In this document: positions 1 to 9,586 of the stretch, one piece after another
Numbering within the stretch: position 1 is the stretch's first letter
How the letters are laid out: each line of letters opens with the position of its first letter
Source of the DNA: Planctomycetota bacterium
GTDB lineage: Bacteria > Planctomycetota > SZUA-567 > H5-PLA8
Assembly (NCBI GenBank): GCA_038227875.1
Contig: JBBRPR010000012.1
Span: 32,001-96,000, forward strand
Reading direction: 5' to 3'
Length of the DNA: 64,000 nucleotides
Made by a program: the position numbers and the translations under genes
Notes under the pieces: generated by a model
Seen by the model: only the letters and a program-made list of their open reading frames with translations
The model's database searches: none
Told to the model about the DNA's origin: nothing

Positions 1-645
1 TCTGGCGCGCTGGTCGTTGCGGCCTCGAACCCGTTTACGTTCGGATTGCTCAAGCCGGCCGGCAGCCTCGGCGCGGACATCGTCTGCGGCGAAGCGCAGT
101 CGCTGGGCGTGCCGCTGCAATACGGCGGGCCATACCTGGGCTACATCACCTGCAAGACGGAAACCGTCCGGCGCATGCCCGGCCGCCTGGTCGGGCAGAC
201 GCTCGACGTCAAGGGTCAGCGCGCATTCACGCTGACGCTTCAGGCGCGCGAGCAGCACATCCGCCGCGAAAAAGCGACGAGCAACATCTGCACCAACACC
301 GCGCTGTGCGCGATGATGGCGCACTTCTATATGTGCGCGCTGGGCCGCACCGGACTGAAGCGGGCGGGGGAGTTGAGCGTCGCCAAGGCCGACCTGCTCC
401 GCCAGAAGTTGAAGAAGGCGCGCGGCGTCACCGTGCCGGAGTACACCGTCTTCAACGAGTTCATCATCGAGACGCAGAAACCGGCGGCGCAGGTGTTGGA
501 GTATCTGCTCTCGCAGGGCTTGCTCGGCGGGCTGGACATGGGCACGTACGACAAGGCCCGCGCGAATCAGATTCTCGTCGCGGTTACCGAAAAGCGTTCG
601 GAAGAAGAGATCGACAGGTACGTCAGCGCCATTGCAGGCGCCTGA
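1..645 (+). CDS. gcvPA: Glycine dehydrogenase (decarboxylating) subunit 1, 5'-truncated by window edge
   Basis: Frame is open from base 1. Motifs GADIVCGEAQSLG, YGGPYLG, MPGRLVG and LQAREQHIRREKATSNICTN are typical of GcvPA. Adjacent to gcvPB. Confidence 0.95.
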   Translation, partial: SGALVVAASNPFTFGLLKPAGSLGADIVCGEAQSLGVPLQYGGPYLGYITCKTETVRRMPGRLVGQTLDVKGQRAFTLTLQAREQHIRREKATSNICTNTALCAMMAHFYMCALGRTGLKRAGELSVAKADLLRQKLKKARGVTVPEYTVFNEFIIETQKPAAQVLEYLLSQGLLGGLDMGTYDKARANQILVAVTEKRSEEEIDRYVSAIAGA

Positions 646-717
646 ATAAGGTGAGCGCGGAAAGCAATCGGCTTTCCGCTCGACGATGAATCTCACGACT
701 GACGTCAAGGAGCTGCA

Positions 718-2205
718 GTGGAGCTGATTTTTGAGAAGTCGCACAAAGGCAAGAACCAGAATTACTTTCCCGCCACCAATCCCGCCGGATCGCGCCCGGT
801 TTCGCAGGTGCTTCCGGCCGGATTGATTCGCGACGTCCATCCGGATCTCCCGGACGTGAGCGAACTGGAATTCGTGCGCCATATTCTGGCGCTCTGCCGC
901 CGCCAGGTGGGCATCGACAGCACGTTCTATCCGCTCGGATCGTGCACGATGAAATACAACCCGAAGATCAACGAGGCCGTCGCCCGCGATCCGGGTTTCG
1001 CGGCGATGCATCCGCTGCAGCCGGCGAGCACGGCGCAGGGCACTCTGGAGTTGATGTACGAACTCGAGCGGGGCTTGAGCGACATCACCGGCATGGACGA
1101 AGTGACGCTCAACCCGCTGGCCGGAGCGCACGGGGAACTGACCGGCATCCTGCTGATCAAGGCCTATCACGACGCGCGAGGCGATAAGAAGCGCACGAAG
1201 GTACTCTGTCCCACGGCTGCGCACGGCACCAATCCCGCCAGCGCAGCGATGTGCGGCTACGAAGTCATCCCGGTGCAGGGCACGCCCGAAGGCCTCGTCG
1301 ATCTGGCGAGCCTGGACAAGGTGCTCGATGATTCCGTCGCGGCGCTGATGCTGACCAACCCGAACACGCTGGGTTTGTTCGAGACGGAAATCCGCGTGAT
1401 TCAGAAGAAGGTTCACGACGCCGGCGGACTGCTCTACTACGACGGTGCGAATCTGAATGCGATTCTCGGCGTCGCGCGGCCGGGCGACATGGGCTTCGAC
1501 GTCGTCCATCTCAATCTCCACAAGACGTTCTCGACACCGCACGGCGGCGGCGGTCCGGGCGCCGGTCCCGTCGGTGTGAAAGAACGCCTGCGACCGTTCC
1601 TGCCGGTGCCGTACGTGAAGAAGCGGAACGTGCCGACGCCGGTCGGCCGTTCGGGATCGTCGAGCGCGTACGAACTGGCCTTCGACCGGCCGCAGAGCAT
1701 CGGGCGCGTCTGCACGTTCCAAGGCAATGCGAATGTGCTGGTCCGCGCGTTCACGTACATGCGCAGCCACGGCAACGACGGGCTCCCGGAAGTCGGCAAG
1801 AACGCGGTGCTCAACGCCGCGTACGTGTTCCAGCGGCTGGCGAAGACGTACAAACGCCCGCTGGCTTCGCCGTGCATGCATGAATTTATTCTCCAACCGA
1901 CGGACGAGATGCTGGCGAAGGGCGTGCGCACGCTGCACATTGCCAAGCGTCTGATCGATTACGGATACCACCCGCCGACGATTTACTTCCCGCTGGTGGT
2001 GAAAGAAGCGCTGATGATCGAGCCGACGGAAACGGAGAGCAAACGGACGCTCGACAACTTCTGTGAAGCGATGGAGAAGATCGCGAAGGAAGCGATCGAG
2101 ACTCCGGAGCTGGTGATCAACGCGCCGCACACGTCGCCGGTGGGCAAGGTTGACGAGACGAAGGCCGCGAAGGACCTCGACCTGCGTTTCTGCGCGTGCG
2201 AGTAG
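718..2205 (+). CDS. gcvPB: Glycine dehydrogenase (decarboxylating) subunit 2
   Basis: YPLGSCTMKYNP, AGAHGE, HGTNPASA, PLP-lysine motif HLNLHKTFSTPHGGGGPG and IEPTETES. GTG start with GGAG upstream. Confidence 0.96.
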   Translation: MELIFEKSHKGKNQNYFPATNPAGSRPVSQVLPAGLIRDVHPDLPDVSELEFVRHILALCRRQVGIDSTFYPLGSCTMKYNPKINEAVARDPGFAAMHPLQPASTAQGTLELMYELERGLSDITGMDEVTLNPLAGAHGELTGILLIKAYHDARGDKKRTKVLCPTAAHGTNPASAAMCGYEVIPVQGTPEGLVDLASLDKVLDDSVAALMLTNPNTLGLFETEIRVIQKKVHDAGGLLYYDGANLNAILGVARPGDMGFDVVHLNLHKTFSTPHGGGGPGAGPVGVKERLRPFLPVPYVKKRNVPTPVGRSGSSSAYELAFDRPQSIGRVCTFQGNANVLVRAFTYMRSHGNDGLPEVGKNAVLNAAYVFQRLAKTYKRPLASPCMHEFILQPTDEMLAKGVRTLHIAKRLIDYGYHPPTIYFPLVVKEALMIEPTETESKRTLDNFCEAMEKIAKEAIETPELVINAPHTSPVGKVDETKAAKDLDLRFCACE

Positions 2206-2297
2206 TCGAGGTACCTTGTTGACCATGGTCAACAACCCCAACTAATGGTGTTGTTGTACCTGTAGAACACCTTGGCACAAATTTGTGACAGGGTTGT

Positions 2298-2476
2298 TCG
2301 TAGTCCGGGCGTCCCGCCCGGTCTAACCACGCCCATGCAGAGACGCGCTCTTCAGGTAGGCGATATGCTCTACTGCGAAGCAAGCGGCTGTTGCTTCGCA
2401 ATCGAGCAATTTCTTTAAGCGAATTTACCTTTCAGTATTTGCCAAGATTAGACCGGGCGGGACGCCCGGGCTACGA
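2298..2476. repeat. Inverted pair of GTAG-type REP-like elements (REPIN-like)
   Basis: 2298-2326 (tcgtagtccgggcgtcccgcccggtctaa) is the reverse complement of 2448-2476 with 1 mismatch. A related copy lies at 12323-12344. Confidence 0.8.
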
Positions 2477-5400
2477 GAACAGGCAGTGCAACTTGGCGTG
2501 CGCGCGGGTCATAAAAGTGCCGCCGAGTTCGCCGGCCTGCGTGATGGCTTTCTTGTAAAACGTAACGAGCAGCGGATCGCCCCAGCCGAGGCGCTGGTTG
2601 GCTTTGAAGTACGTCGCGCGCATGCTGGCAATCTGGCGCATCGCACCGCGGAACGCGGCAGCGCGTTTGGGCGCGGGGGCCGCTTCGACATTCAGGATCT
2701 GCGAGAGCAGGTCGTGCATGAATTTGTAGTAGTTGCTCAAATTGGAATACGGGACGCGCGCGAGCAGTTCGCGGCCCTGCGCGTACTCGGCATTGAGGAC
2801 GGCGTCGCAGGCGAGCCACATCGAATGATTGTCGCTGCTGCTGTCCTTCGGCATTTGCGCCGCGGCGTTGCCGACGTCGCGGGCTTCTTTGACGCGATTC
2901 AGGCGGCGCAGCGAAAGTACGAGATTGAGCAGCGCCCACGGCTTGACGTCTTTGCGCTCTTTCCAGTTTTCCATCCAGAGCACGCAGTCCTGGTCTTCGT
3001 GGATTGCGGAGAGCACGTAGCCGGCAGCTCCCCACGTCGCGATTGTGCCGCCGAGAAATTCGCGGTTGGTCGCGACGTACGAACGGATCGCGGAGTTTGA
3101 TTTCTCGGACTTCAGCATCTCCAGGTAGGCAATAGCCAGCTCGCGCTTGCCTTCTTCGCCGCCTTTGAAGGCCTCCAGCCGCTTGAGTACGCGGGTGGCG
3201 CGTTTGTTGAGCAGCGAATTGGTAAGACCGCCGATCCAGAGCTCAAAGACGGACTTGTTGAGCGGCGACTGCTCCAGCAGTTCCTCGAGCGCTTGATGGG
3301 CCTCGTGAAGCACGTCGGCTTTGCTGAAAAGTTCGAGAGCCGATTTCAGGCGATCCTTGGGCACCTGGGTGTTGCGGCAGAGATCGCGGAAATGGCCGAG
3401 TGCCGACGCGGTATCCTTTTTGCGCAGGTAAAGTTTGACGCCGCGAAGCGAGGAGTATTCGTCCTTACCCATTTTCTCGAGCTGCAGTAGCGCCTCTTCT
3501 GCGTCGGGCGTTTTGATGGCGTCGTAGTGCAGGTCGAAGAGGCAGCGGCCCGCGTATTTGTACTCCGGCCAGAGCGTCAGCGCTTTTTTGAACTGCTCCA
3601 CGGCGTCGTCGGTCTTGCCGAGTTTTTTCCGCGCGTTGCCGAGGTACCCGTAGCAGGTGGCTTGCGCGGGGCGGATGCGGACCATCGCTTCGGCGGCCTT
3701 CTCGTACGCCTGGGTTTCGGCATCATCGAGTTCATCGGCGAGTTTCTGCCAGGTGGCGAAGACGTCGGGGTGCTTGCCGACGGCGGCTTTGAGCAGGTCG
3801 AGCGCTTCGACGCGCAGGTTGGCTTTGTCGAACGCGGTGAAGGCTTTGTCGAGCGGCCAGGAATCGTCGTGCTCGATCGTCGCCAGTTTTGCAAAATAGT
3901 CCTTCGCGGACGCGGTGTCCTTCTGCTTGAGGAAGAGCGGGATGTACCGCGCCAGCACGAAGCCGTCGTTGGGCAGGTGCTTGTCGACGGCGTCGAGGAC
4001 GCTCCGCGCTGCCGCGTCGTCGTGATCGTCGCTGAGCAGATCGAAGAGTTTCAGTGCGGCGTAGCGGTAGTCGGGCTGCAGTTCCACCGCGCGCCGAAAG
4101 TCGGCCTTGGCGCCATCGCGGTCGTTCTTCGCCAGCATGCGCGCGTTACCGCGGTAACCGTAGGGCACGGCATCTTGGGGGGCGTATTGAACCAGCTGCT
4201 CGGAGGCCTGCAGGCACGTTTCGAAATCTTCGAGCGATTCTGTCCAATCCGCCAGGCGTGCCCAGCCCCACGTGTAAGCCGGGTCGCGCGCCAGGGCCTT
4301 GCGCAGCAGTTCAACGGCCTTGCGCTTGTCGCCGGATTCGGCTTCGATCCACGCTTCACGTCCCAGCAACGACGTGGGAATATCCGAGCCGAAGATCGCC
4401 GGTCGGCAGGCGGCACGCGCCTCGTCGGGGCGCTTGAGGTGATGGAGCGTCGTCGCGCGGAGATCGTGGGCTTCTGCGTGGTAGGGATCGAGCTCGATGA
4501 CTTTCTCGGCGATCGCGAGCCGCTCGGCGCGCTGCGCGGGACGGTCGAGGACGCGGGCGAGCGTCATCCATGCTTTCGGATCGGCGGGGCGCTGTCCGGT
4601 CAGTTCGCGCGCGAGTTCGGCGGCGAGCTCCGGGCGCTTCAGGTCGGCGCTCCAGTCGCGCAGCGTGTTCCAGGCCCACGTGTAACCGGGGCTGAGTTTC
4701 AGTGCATGTTGCAGGCGCTTGAGCGCGGCTTCCTTTTCGCCGAGCCGCCATTCGATGTCCGCGAGGCAGCCGTGCGAGTAGTTGTCCAGCGGCGCGCGGG
4801 AAACGACTTGTTCGAGCAGTCCGCGCGCCCTGGCCAGATCCCCGCGCGTGGCGAACGCGTCGGCCAGTTCGCGCACGGGATAACCTTCCGACGGATCGAC
4901 GTCGCAGGCATTCTGGAGCGCGGCGATGCGGCCGTCGAAATCCTGGCGCGCGCGATGGACGGCGGCGAGATCGTGCCAGAGATGGCCGATGAGCGGAAAG
5001 CGCGCCGTCGCATCCGTGGCGGTCTTGAGCGCCTCGTCGAGGCGGTTCATCTGGGTGAGCTGCTGGATGACCGCCGACCACGCGTGCCAGAGATCCAGCC
5101 GCGCGTCGAGGGCGCCACGCAGCGCGGTGAGCAGCGAATCGGCGTCGAGTGCCTCCGTGGCTTCTGAACGGTAGGCGAGCAGGCCGTCGCCGAAATTCAC
5201 CTGCTGCACGATCTGGCCGTGAACGAAGGTCAGTTCGGCGCGCTTCTGGTCGATGGTTTCGCAGCAGGCGAGCAGTTCGCGGATGGCGAAGTGGCTGTCG
5301 ACGGAGAGCCGGATCGCGGCGCGGTAGGCTTCGCGGGCCGGTTCTCGCTGGTTGAGTCCCAGCAGCAGCCGCGCGCGGACGCAGTGGCCGAAGGTGTTCG

Positions 5401-8122
5401 AGGGGTCGAGCTGCAACGCGGTCTCGGCTTCGCGCAAGCCTTCCTCGAATTTGCGCTGTCGCATCAGCGCGCCGGCCAGTTCGCGATGGGTCCACGCATC
5501 GGCGGCATCGAGTTCGAGCAGATGGCGCACGACGGCTTCGGCGGCGACGGGATCATCGTCGCGCAGCCATTCGGTGCGCAATTGGTGGAGCATGAAGTTG
5601 AAAGGGAAACGCTCGCAGCACGCTTTCAAGTACGCATAGGTCGCGGCGCGGCCTTCGAGTTCGGCAATCAGCTGCGCCAGCGCGCGGTGGGCGTCGAAGG
5701 CGAGCGGTTCGAGCGCGACGATCTCTTCCCAGTGCTTGCGCGCTTCGAGGAGATTGCCCTTGTTGCGCGCCAGGACCGCGCTGGTGCGCAGCCAGTGCGA
5801 GCGGTGCGAGCGCTTTTCGGCGGCGGCGAGCAATTCGGACGCACGCGCGTGGCGGCCGTAGGCTTCGTAGGCATTGGCGGCGAAGAGCTGGAATTCCCCA
5901 TCGTCAGGGCGCAACGCGATGGCTTCTTCCAGAATACGGAAGGCGTCGTGCTGGCGGTCGAGGGCTTCGAGCGTCGAGTAGAGCGTGCGCGCCAGCGCGC
6001 TGGACAGTTTCCCGTTGCGCTGGAAGCGCTGCTCGACAAATTGCAGCGCGGCGGCCTGGGTTTTCTGGTGCTGGGCGGCGATGAAGTACGAGCGGACGTA
6101 GCGTTCGTCGGCGGAGGAGAGGCAGCTGGCGATGCGGTACGCTTCCGTCGCGCGTTCGAATTTTCGTTCGGTCCAGAGAATGTTGGCCAGAACGTTATAG
6201 TGCGCACCGTCGAAGGGACGGTAGCGGATGCATTTGTTGATGTAGTAGAGCGTCTCGGCGTCGTTGCGCGCATCACCGCAGAGCTCCTGCGCGTAGAAGA
6301 GCCAGAAGACCGGATCGAAGCGCGATTTCGCGGCGGCTTCGGCGATTGATCCGGATTGCGGGGGCGGGGTGGTGCTGGTTCCGGCGTTGGCGTCCGGGGC
6401 ACGCTTGATGTGGCAGAGCGTGCGCAGCAATTCCAGCCGCTGATCGCGGCGCGCGAGGTAGCGCAGGCAGTTGAGTTTCTGGAGCATCAAGCCAGCGTCG
6501 TCAGGGCAGAGTTTTAAGGCGGACTCGGCGCAGCTCAGCAGGGTCGTGTAGTCGGAGTCGTAACCGGCGATGGTGCGGCGCGCCAGAATCGTGAGGCGGT
6601 GGTTGGCGTCGCGAGCTTCCATGGTCTGGTACGCCTGCCACGCGCTGGCGCGGTCGTGGCTTTCCAGCGCGCGATTGAGTTCGTAGAGCTGATCGTAGAG
6701 CGCTTCGTCGTCGAAGGTGATGCCGGCGAGGAGTTCGGCCTTCTCCGGTGGAACCAGTGCCATGCAGCGGGGGCCGAAGGCGCGGTAGCGTTCCAGCGTG
6801 GTTTCGAGAATGAATTCGCGGAAGTGGCGCTCGTAGGGATCGCGGACCAGCAGCGTGCCGCGGAGTTCGTCGTAGCCGATCACGGCCTGCAGATGTCCGG
6901 AGGTCGGTTCGATGGTGGTGAGCGTGAAGGGCACGCCGCGGTCGATCAGCGCGCGGGCGTTGTCCCAGGTGAGCGTGAATTCCTTGACGATCCAGCCGCT
7001 CTTGATGGCCCAGTGGCGTTCGCTGTGCGCGGGCGTGCCGTCGTAGCAGATCTGTTCGGCGACATCGAGGTGATCGTAGGGCCGCGACCAGTAGCGGCTG
7101 AGTGTCGAGAGCGTGGCGGGCGCGCAGGTCATGTGGTGCTGGCGCACGAAGCCGACGTTGAGGATCACGCGCCGCGCCGGCGGGGCGGGTTGCGCGCCAG
7201 AGACTTTAGCGTTCAAGCGTTCCGCGAATTTGACGTGGAAGGGATTTTTCGACGCGGCTTTGCCGGCGTAATCGGCGGCCTTGGCGAAGTCGCCGCAGTA
7301 GTAGGCGGCGTCAGATTCGAGCATGTCCAGACCCAGCTGCGCGTACTCTTCCAGCAGCGGGGAGAGCTCTCGGCACTTCGCGTAGGATTCGCGGGCCTGC
7401 GGGTAGAGCTGCAATTCCGTTTGCAGCGCAGCGGTCTGACCGAGGATCGAGGGCGATTCGGAGTGCTTGGCGGCTTCCAGCAGCAGGTCGAGCGCGTCCT
7501 GATCGCGGTCCATCAACTGGAGCAGGTGGGCGGTCTGCTGGACGCCGGGGCGGAACCACGGGCGGAGTTCCAGCGCCTGCTTGGAGGCGGCGAGCGCGTC
7601 GGCGTAGCGGTCCTCAAGTTCGAAAAGGTACGAGCGTTCGCAGCAGAGCCAGGGCTGGCCAGTGGCGAGGGCTTCGGCGCGCTTCATCCATTCTTCGGCC
7701 TGATCGAAATCGCGGAGCCGGCCGATGACGTAGGCGTGGAAGGCGAACCAGTCGGCGCGGACTTCCGGGGAGGCGTCGAGGAAGTCGCCGCTTTCGCGCA
7801 TGAAGCGCCAGGCGACGAACGGGCCGCTGAATTCGGCCAGGCGGCGGGCGTAGTAGTAGCGCGCTTCGGGGTGGGTGCGGTCCTGGCGCCAGGCCATCAC
7901 ATGCATGAGGCTGCCCAGACGCGGCGAGCCGATGTTCATCGCCAGGCGTCCGCCGATCAGCCGGGCGGCGGTGTTGCGCCACGCTCGGAGCGGACTGTGC
8001 GCCACCGCGGCGGCGTGAGCCTGCGTGTACAGACCACGCTGGTAGAGGTCGGTGACCGTGGCGATCACGTCCGCGGGAACTTCCACGGGGTCGGTTTTTA
8101 GCGAGGCGAGGTTGACGTCCAT
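2471..8122 (-). CDS. Giant TPR-repeat protein with an internal C39-like cysteine peptidase domain
   Basis: 1883-aa ORF. Q-x4-C motif VRQHHMTCAPATL, His in GHLQAVIGYD and Asp in VRDPY. Many TPR-like helical repeats (e.g. ETALQLDPSN, RRAVELQPDY, KKALTLWPEY). Confidence 0.85.
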   Translation of the reverse strand: MDVNLASLKTDPVEVPADVIATVTDLYQRGLYTQAHAAAVAHSPLRAWRNTAARLIGGRLAMNIGSPRLGSLMHVMAWRQDRTHPEARYYYARRLAEFSGPFVAWRFMRESGDFLDASPEVRADWFAFHAYVIGRLRDFDQAEEWMKRAEALATGQPWLCCERSYLFELEDRYADALAASKQALELRPWFRPGVQQTAHLLQLMDRDQDALDLLLEAAKHSESPSILGQTAALQTELQLYPQARESYAKCRELSPLLEEYAQLGLDMLESDAAYYCGDFAKAADYAGKAASKNPFHVKFAERLNAKVSGAQPAPPARRVILNVGFVRQHHMTCAPATLSTLSRYWSRPYDHLDVAEQICYDGTPAHSERHWAIKSGWIVKEFTLTWDNARALIDRGVPFTLTTIEPTSGHLQAVIGYDELRGTLLVRDPYERHFREFILETTLERYRAFGPRCMALVPPEKAELLAGITFDDEALYDQLYELNRALESHDRASAWQAYQTMEARDANHRLTILARRTIAGYDSDYTTLLSCAESALKLCPDDAGLMLQKLNCLRYLARRDQRLELLRTLCHIKRAPDANAGTSTTPPPQSGSIAEAAAKSRFDPVFWLFYAQELCGDARNDAETLYYINKCIRYRPFDGAHYNVLANILWTERKFERATEAYRIASCLSSADERYVRSYFIAAQHQKTQAAALQFVEQRFQRNGKLSSALARTLYSTLEALDRQHDAFRILEEAIALRPDDGEFQLFAANAYEAYGRHARASELLAAAEKRSHRSHWLRTSAVLARNKGNLLEARKHWEEIVALEPLAFDAHRALAQLIAELEGRAATYAYLKACCERFPFNFMLHQLRTEWLRDDDPVAAEAVVRHLLELDAADAWTHRELAGALMRQRKFEEGLREAETALQLDPSNTFGHCVRARLLLGLNQREPAREAYRAAIRLSVDSHFAIRELLACCETIDQKRAELTFVHGQIVQQVNFGDGLLAYRSEATEALDADSLLTALRGALDARLDLWHAWSAVIQQLTQMNRLDEALKTATDATARFPLIGHLWHDLAAVHRARQDFDGRIAALQNACDVDPSEGYPVRELADAFATRGDLARARGLLEQVVSRAPLDNYSHGCLADIEWRLGEKEAALKRLQHALKLSPGYTWAWNTLRDWSADLKRPELAAELARELTGQRPADPKAWMTLARVLDRPAQRAERLAIAEKVIELDPYHAEAHDLRATTLHHLKRPDEARAACRPAIFGSDIPTSLLGREAWIEAESGDKRKAVELLRKALARDPAYTWGWARLADWTESLEDFETCLQASEQLVQYAPQDAVPYGYRGNARMLAKNDRDGAKADFRRAVELQPDYRYAALKLFDLLSDDHDDAAARSVLDAVDKHLPNDGFVLARYIPLFLKQKDTASAKDYFAKLATIEHDDSWPLDKAFTAFDKANLRVEALDLLKAAVGKHPDVFATWQKLADELDDAETQAYEKAAEAMVRIRPAQATCYGYLGNARKKLGKTDDAVEQFKKALTLWPEYKYAGRCLFDLHYDAIKTPDAEEALLQLEKMGKDEYSSLRGVKLYLRKKDTASALGHFRDLCRNTQVPKDRLKSALELFSKADVLHEAHQALEELLEQSPLNKSVFELWIGGLTNSLLNKRATRVLKRLEAFKGGEEGKRELAIAYLEMLKSEKSNSAIRSYVATNREFLGGTIATWGAAGYVLSAIHEDQDCVLWMENWKERKDVKPWALLNLVLSLRRLNRVKEARDVGNAAAQMPKDSSSDNHSMWLACDAVLNAEYAQGRELLARVPYSNLSNYYKFMHDLLSQILNVEAAPAPKRAAAFRGAMRQIASMRATYFKANQRLGWGDPLLVTFYKKAITQAGELGGTFMTRAHAKLHCLFS

Positions 8123-8176
8123 GCGGAATAAGACTTTGTCGGTTGGAGTTCAGGAGATGCGAGGTTTGATTCGGAT

Positions 8177-8623
8177 TTAGTTTTTCTTGGAGCCCATGTA
8201 GTGGGTGTTCATACACCAGCGGCCGTCGGCCTGTTTTTCGAGTTGGAGCTCCTTCTCTTCCAGATGGAAGCGGACCCATTTGACGCCGTTCTCGTCGCCT
8301 TCGGTGGTCTTGTTGGCGTCGAGCATCTTCTGCATGCGTTCCTTGTTGTCGTTCATCATCTTGGAGTGTTTTTCATCGGAGAGGAAGGCGACGGCCTTTT
8401 CCAGCGAGCCTTGCTTGTCGAGCAGGACCTTGCTGTCCGTGGGGGTCATGAGGTGGCTGACCCAGTAACCGTAGTCCTTGGCTTCGAGACTTTTGATCAG
8501 GGACGCGAGGGCCTTCTGGGGCGTGTCCTGGGGATATTTCTCGGCGTTGAGCGGCGTCTCGGCAGCGCTGGCATTCAGTGCCAGGGCAGCGACGGCGGAT
8601 AGAAGGACGTGCGTGAGGCGCAT
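8177..8623 (-). CDS. Exported hypothetical protein
   Basis: Probable ATG at 8623 with GGAGAG upstream. Signal-peptide-like start MRLTHVLLSAVAALALNASA. Host-like codon usage. Confidence 0.75.
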   Translation of the reverse strand: MRLTHVLLSAVAALALNASAAETPLNAEKYPQDTPQKALASLIKSLEAKDYGYWVSHLMTPTDSKVLLDKQGSLEKAVAFLSDEKHSKMMNDNKERMQKMLDANKTTEGDENGVKWVRFHLEEKELQLEKQADGRWCMNTHYMGSKKN

Positions 8624-8697
8624 GGCACTCTCCGGATAGGTTGAATGTAGGACAGATGAGTATGGCGTTATATTCAACGTGGGTCAACCCCATGTGC

Positions 8698-8725
8698 AAT
8701 GTTACGGAATGTTACAAAATGTTAC
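8698..8725. promoter_or_regulatory. Three AATGTTAC boxes at exact 10-bp period (candidate regulator binding array)
   Basis: AATGTTAC at 8698, 8708 and 8718. Confidence 0.45.
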
Positions 8726-9044
8726 ATGGATTTGGGCCTCCTTCCTGGTGCACGGTGCGATGCGAGAGCGGTGCCGCTCTGCGGTTGGCTGTCACTGTCC
8801 GGCTAAAAGTTATCGGTGGTCGGTTGTGGGCTTGCTGCGTGTGCATGGCGGCGTCCTTGGAGTGATCGCGTCTGCGAGTTCGGGATCGGTCCGGCTCGCG
8901 GTTCGATTTGCAGTAACCGACTACTTTTAGCCGGACGGAAATTGAGCAGGGTTGGCGCAGATACTTCTTGAAGTAGAGCATCACATATTTTCGATACTAT
9001 ATAAAGCAGTGATGGAGTGCAAAAGTCAAGTAATTTCTGTATAT

Positions 9045-9434
9045 TTAGTTAAAAAGATTTTATAATACGTGATGTGCAGCAGTGCACGGAGTGTTGTTCG
9101 TTTTCCCGCGTTTTGTGGGGGGTGTGGGTGAGTGGGGATTGAAAATGGCTCCTTGATCGGGATGGGGGCTTTGAGGCCTATCCTGGCGGCTGGGGCGCGG
9201 TTTGGGGCATGCTCTGGAGGGAGCTGATGTGTGATGGGCTCGTGCAGGGGTTCTTGTTTTTTCTCGCAAAGACGCAAAGCCGCAAAGTTCGTTAAGAACG
9301 GCGTTGTTTTTGGAGGTGGGCCGAAAATTGCATATTTCCCATTGTATCTATGCGGTCGAGAAACCCAAAAATAAAGTGTTTTCGTTAAAATTAGTAAAAA
9401 AGATTTTATAATACGTGATGTGCATTAGTGCACG
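9045..9434. repeat. 44-bp direct repeat pair containing TATAAT
   Basis: 9045-9088 and 9391-9434 match at 41/44 positions; shared core aaaaagattttataatacgtgatgtgca. Confidence 0.85.
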
Positions 9435-9586
9435 AGGCGCGTGGGTCGCGTGGGTGTGCGGGTGTTTGGCGCGCGGCAAGCCGCGAGGGGTCAGGGGTCA
9501 GGGATCAGTTCGATCGCAAACTGCCGCGAGCGAACCAACGGGGGGCAGGGGTCAGAGTAGACGCGCGATCTCCGAGTGGCTTGTTG

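Noticed and set aside
3527..8101. Long plus-strand ORFs (546, 376 and 500 aa) opposite the TPR gene
   Set aside because: Antisense shadows typical of high-GC coding DNA; no motifs. The same applies to 26545-28332, 35238-38834, 42299-43645, 48201-49634 and 59850-61223.
8712..8984. 90-aa minus-strand ORF and other short ORFs in 8.6-9.6 kb
   Set aside because: No recognisable motif and atypical composition; cannot be supported as genes.
9045..9434. 44-bp repeats as a CRISPR array or dif site
   Set aside because: Only two copies 346 bp apart, no cas genes, and only loose resemblance to XerC/D arms.
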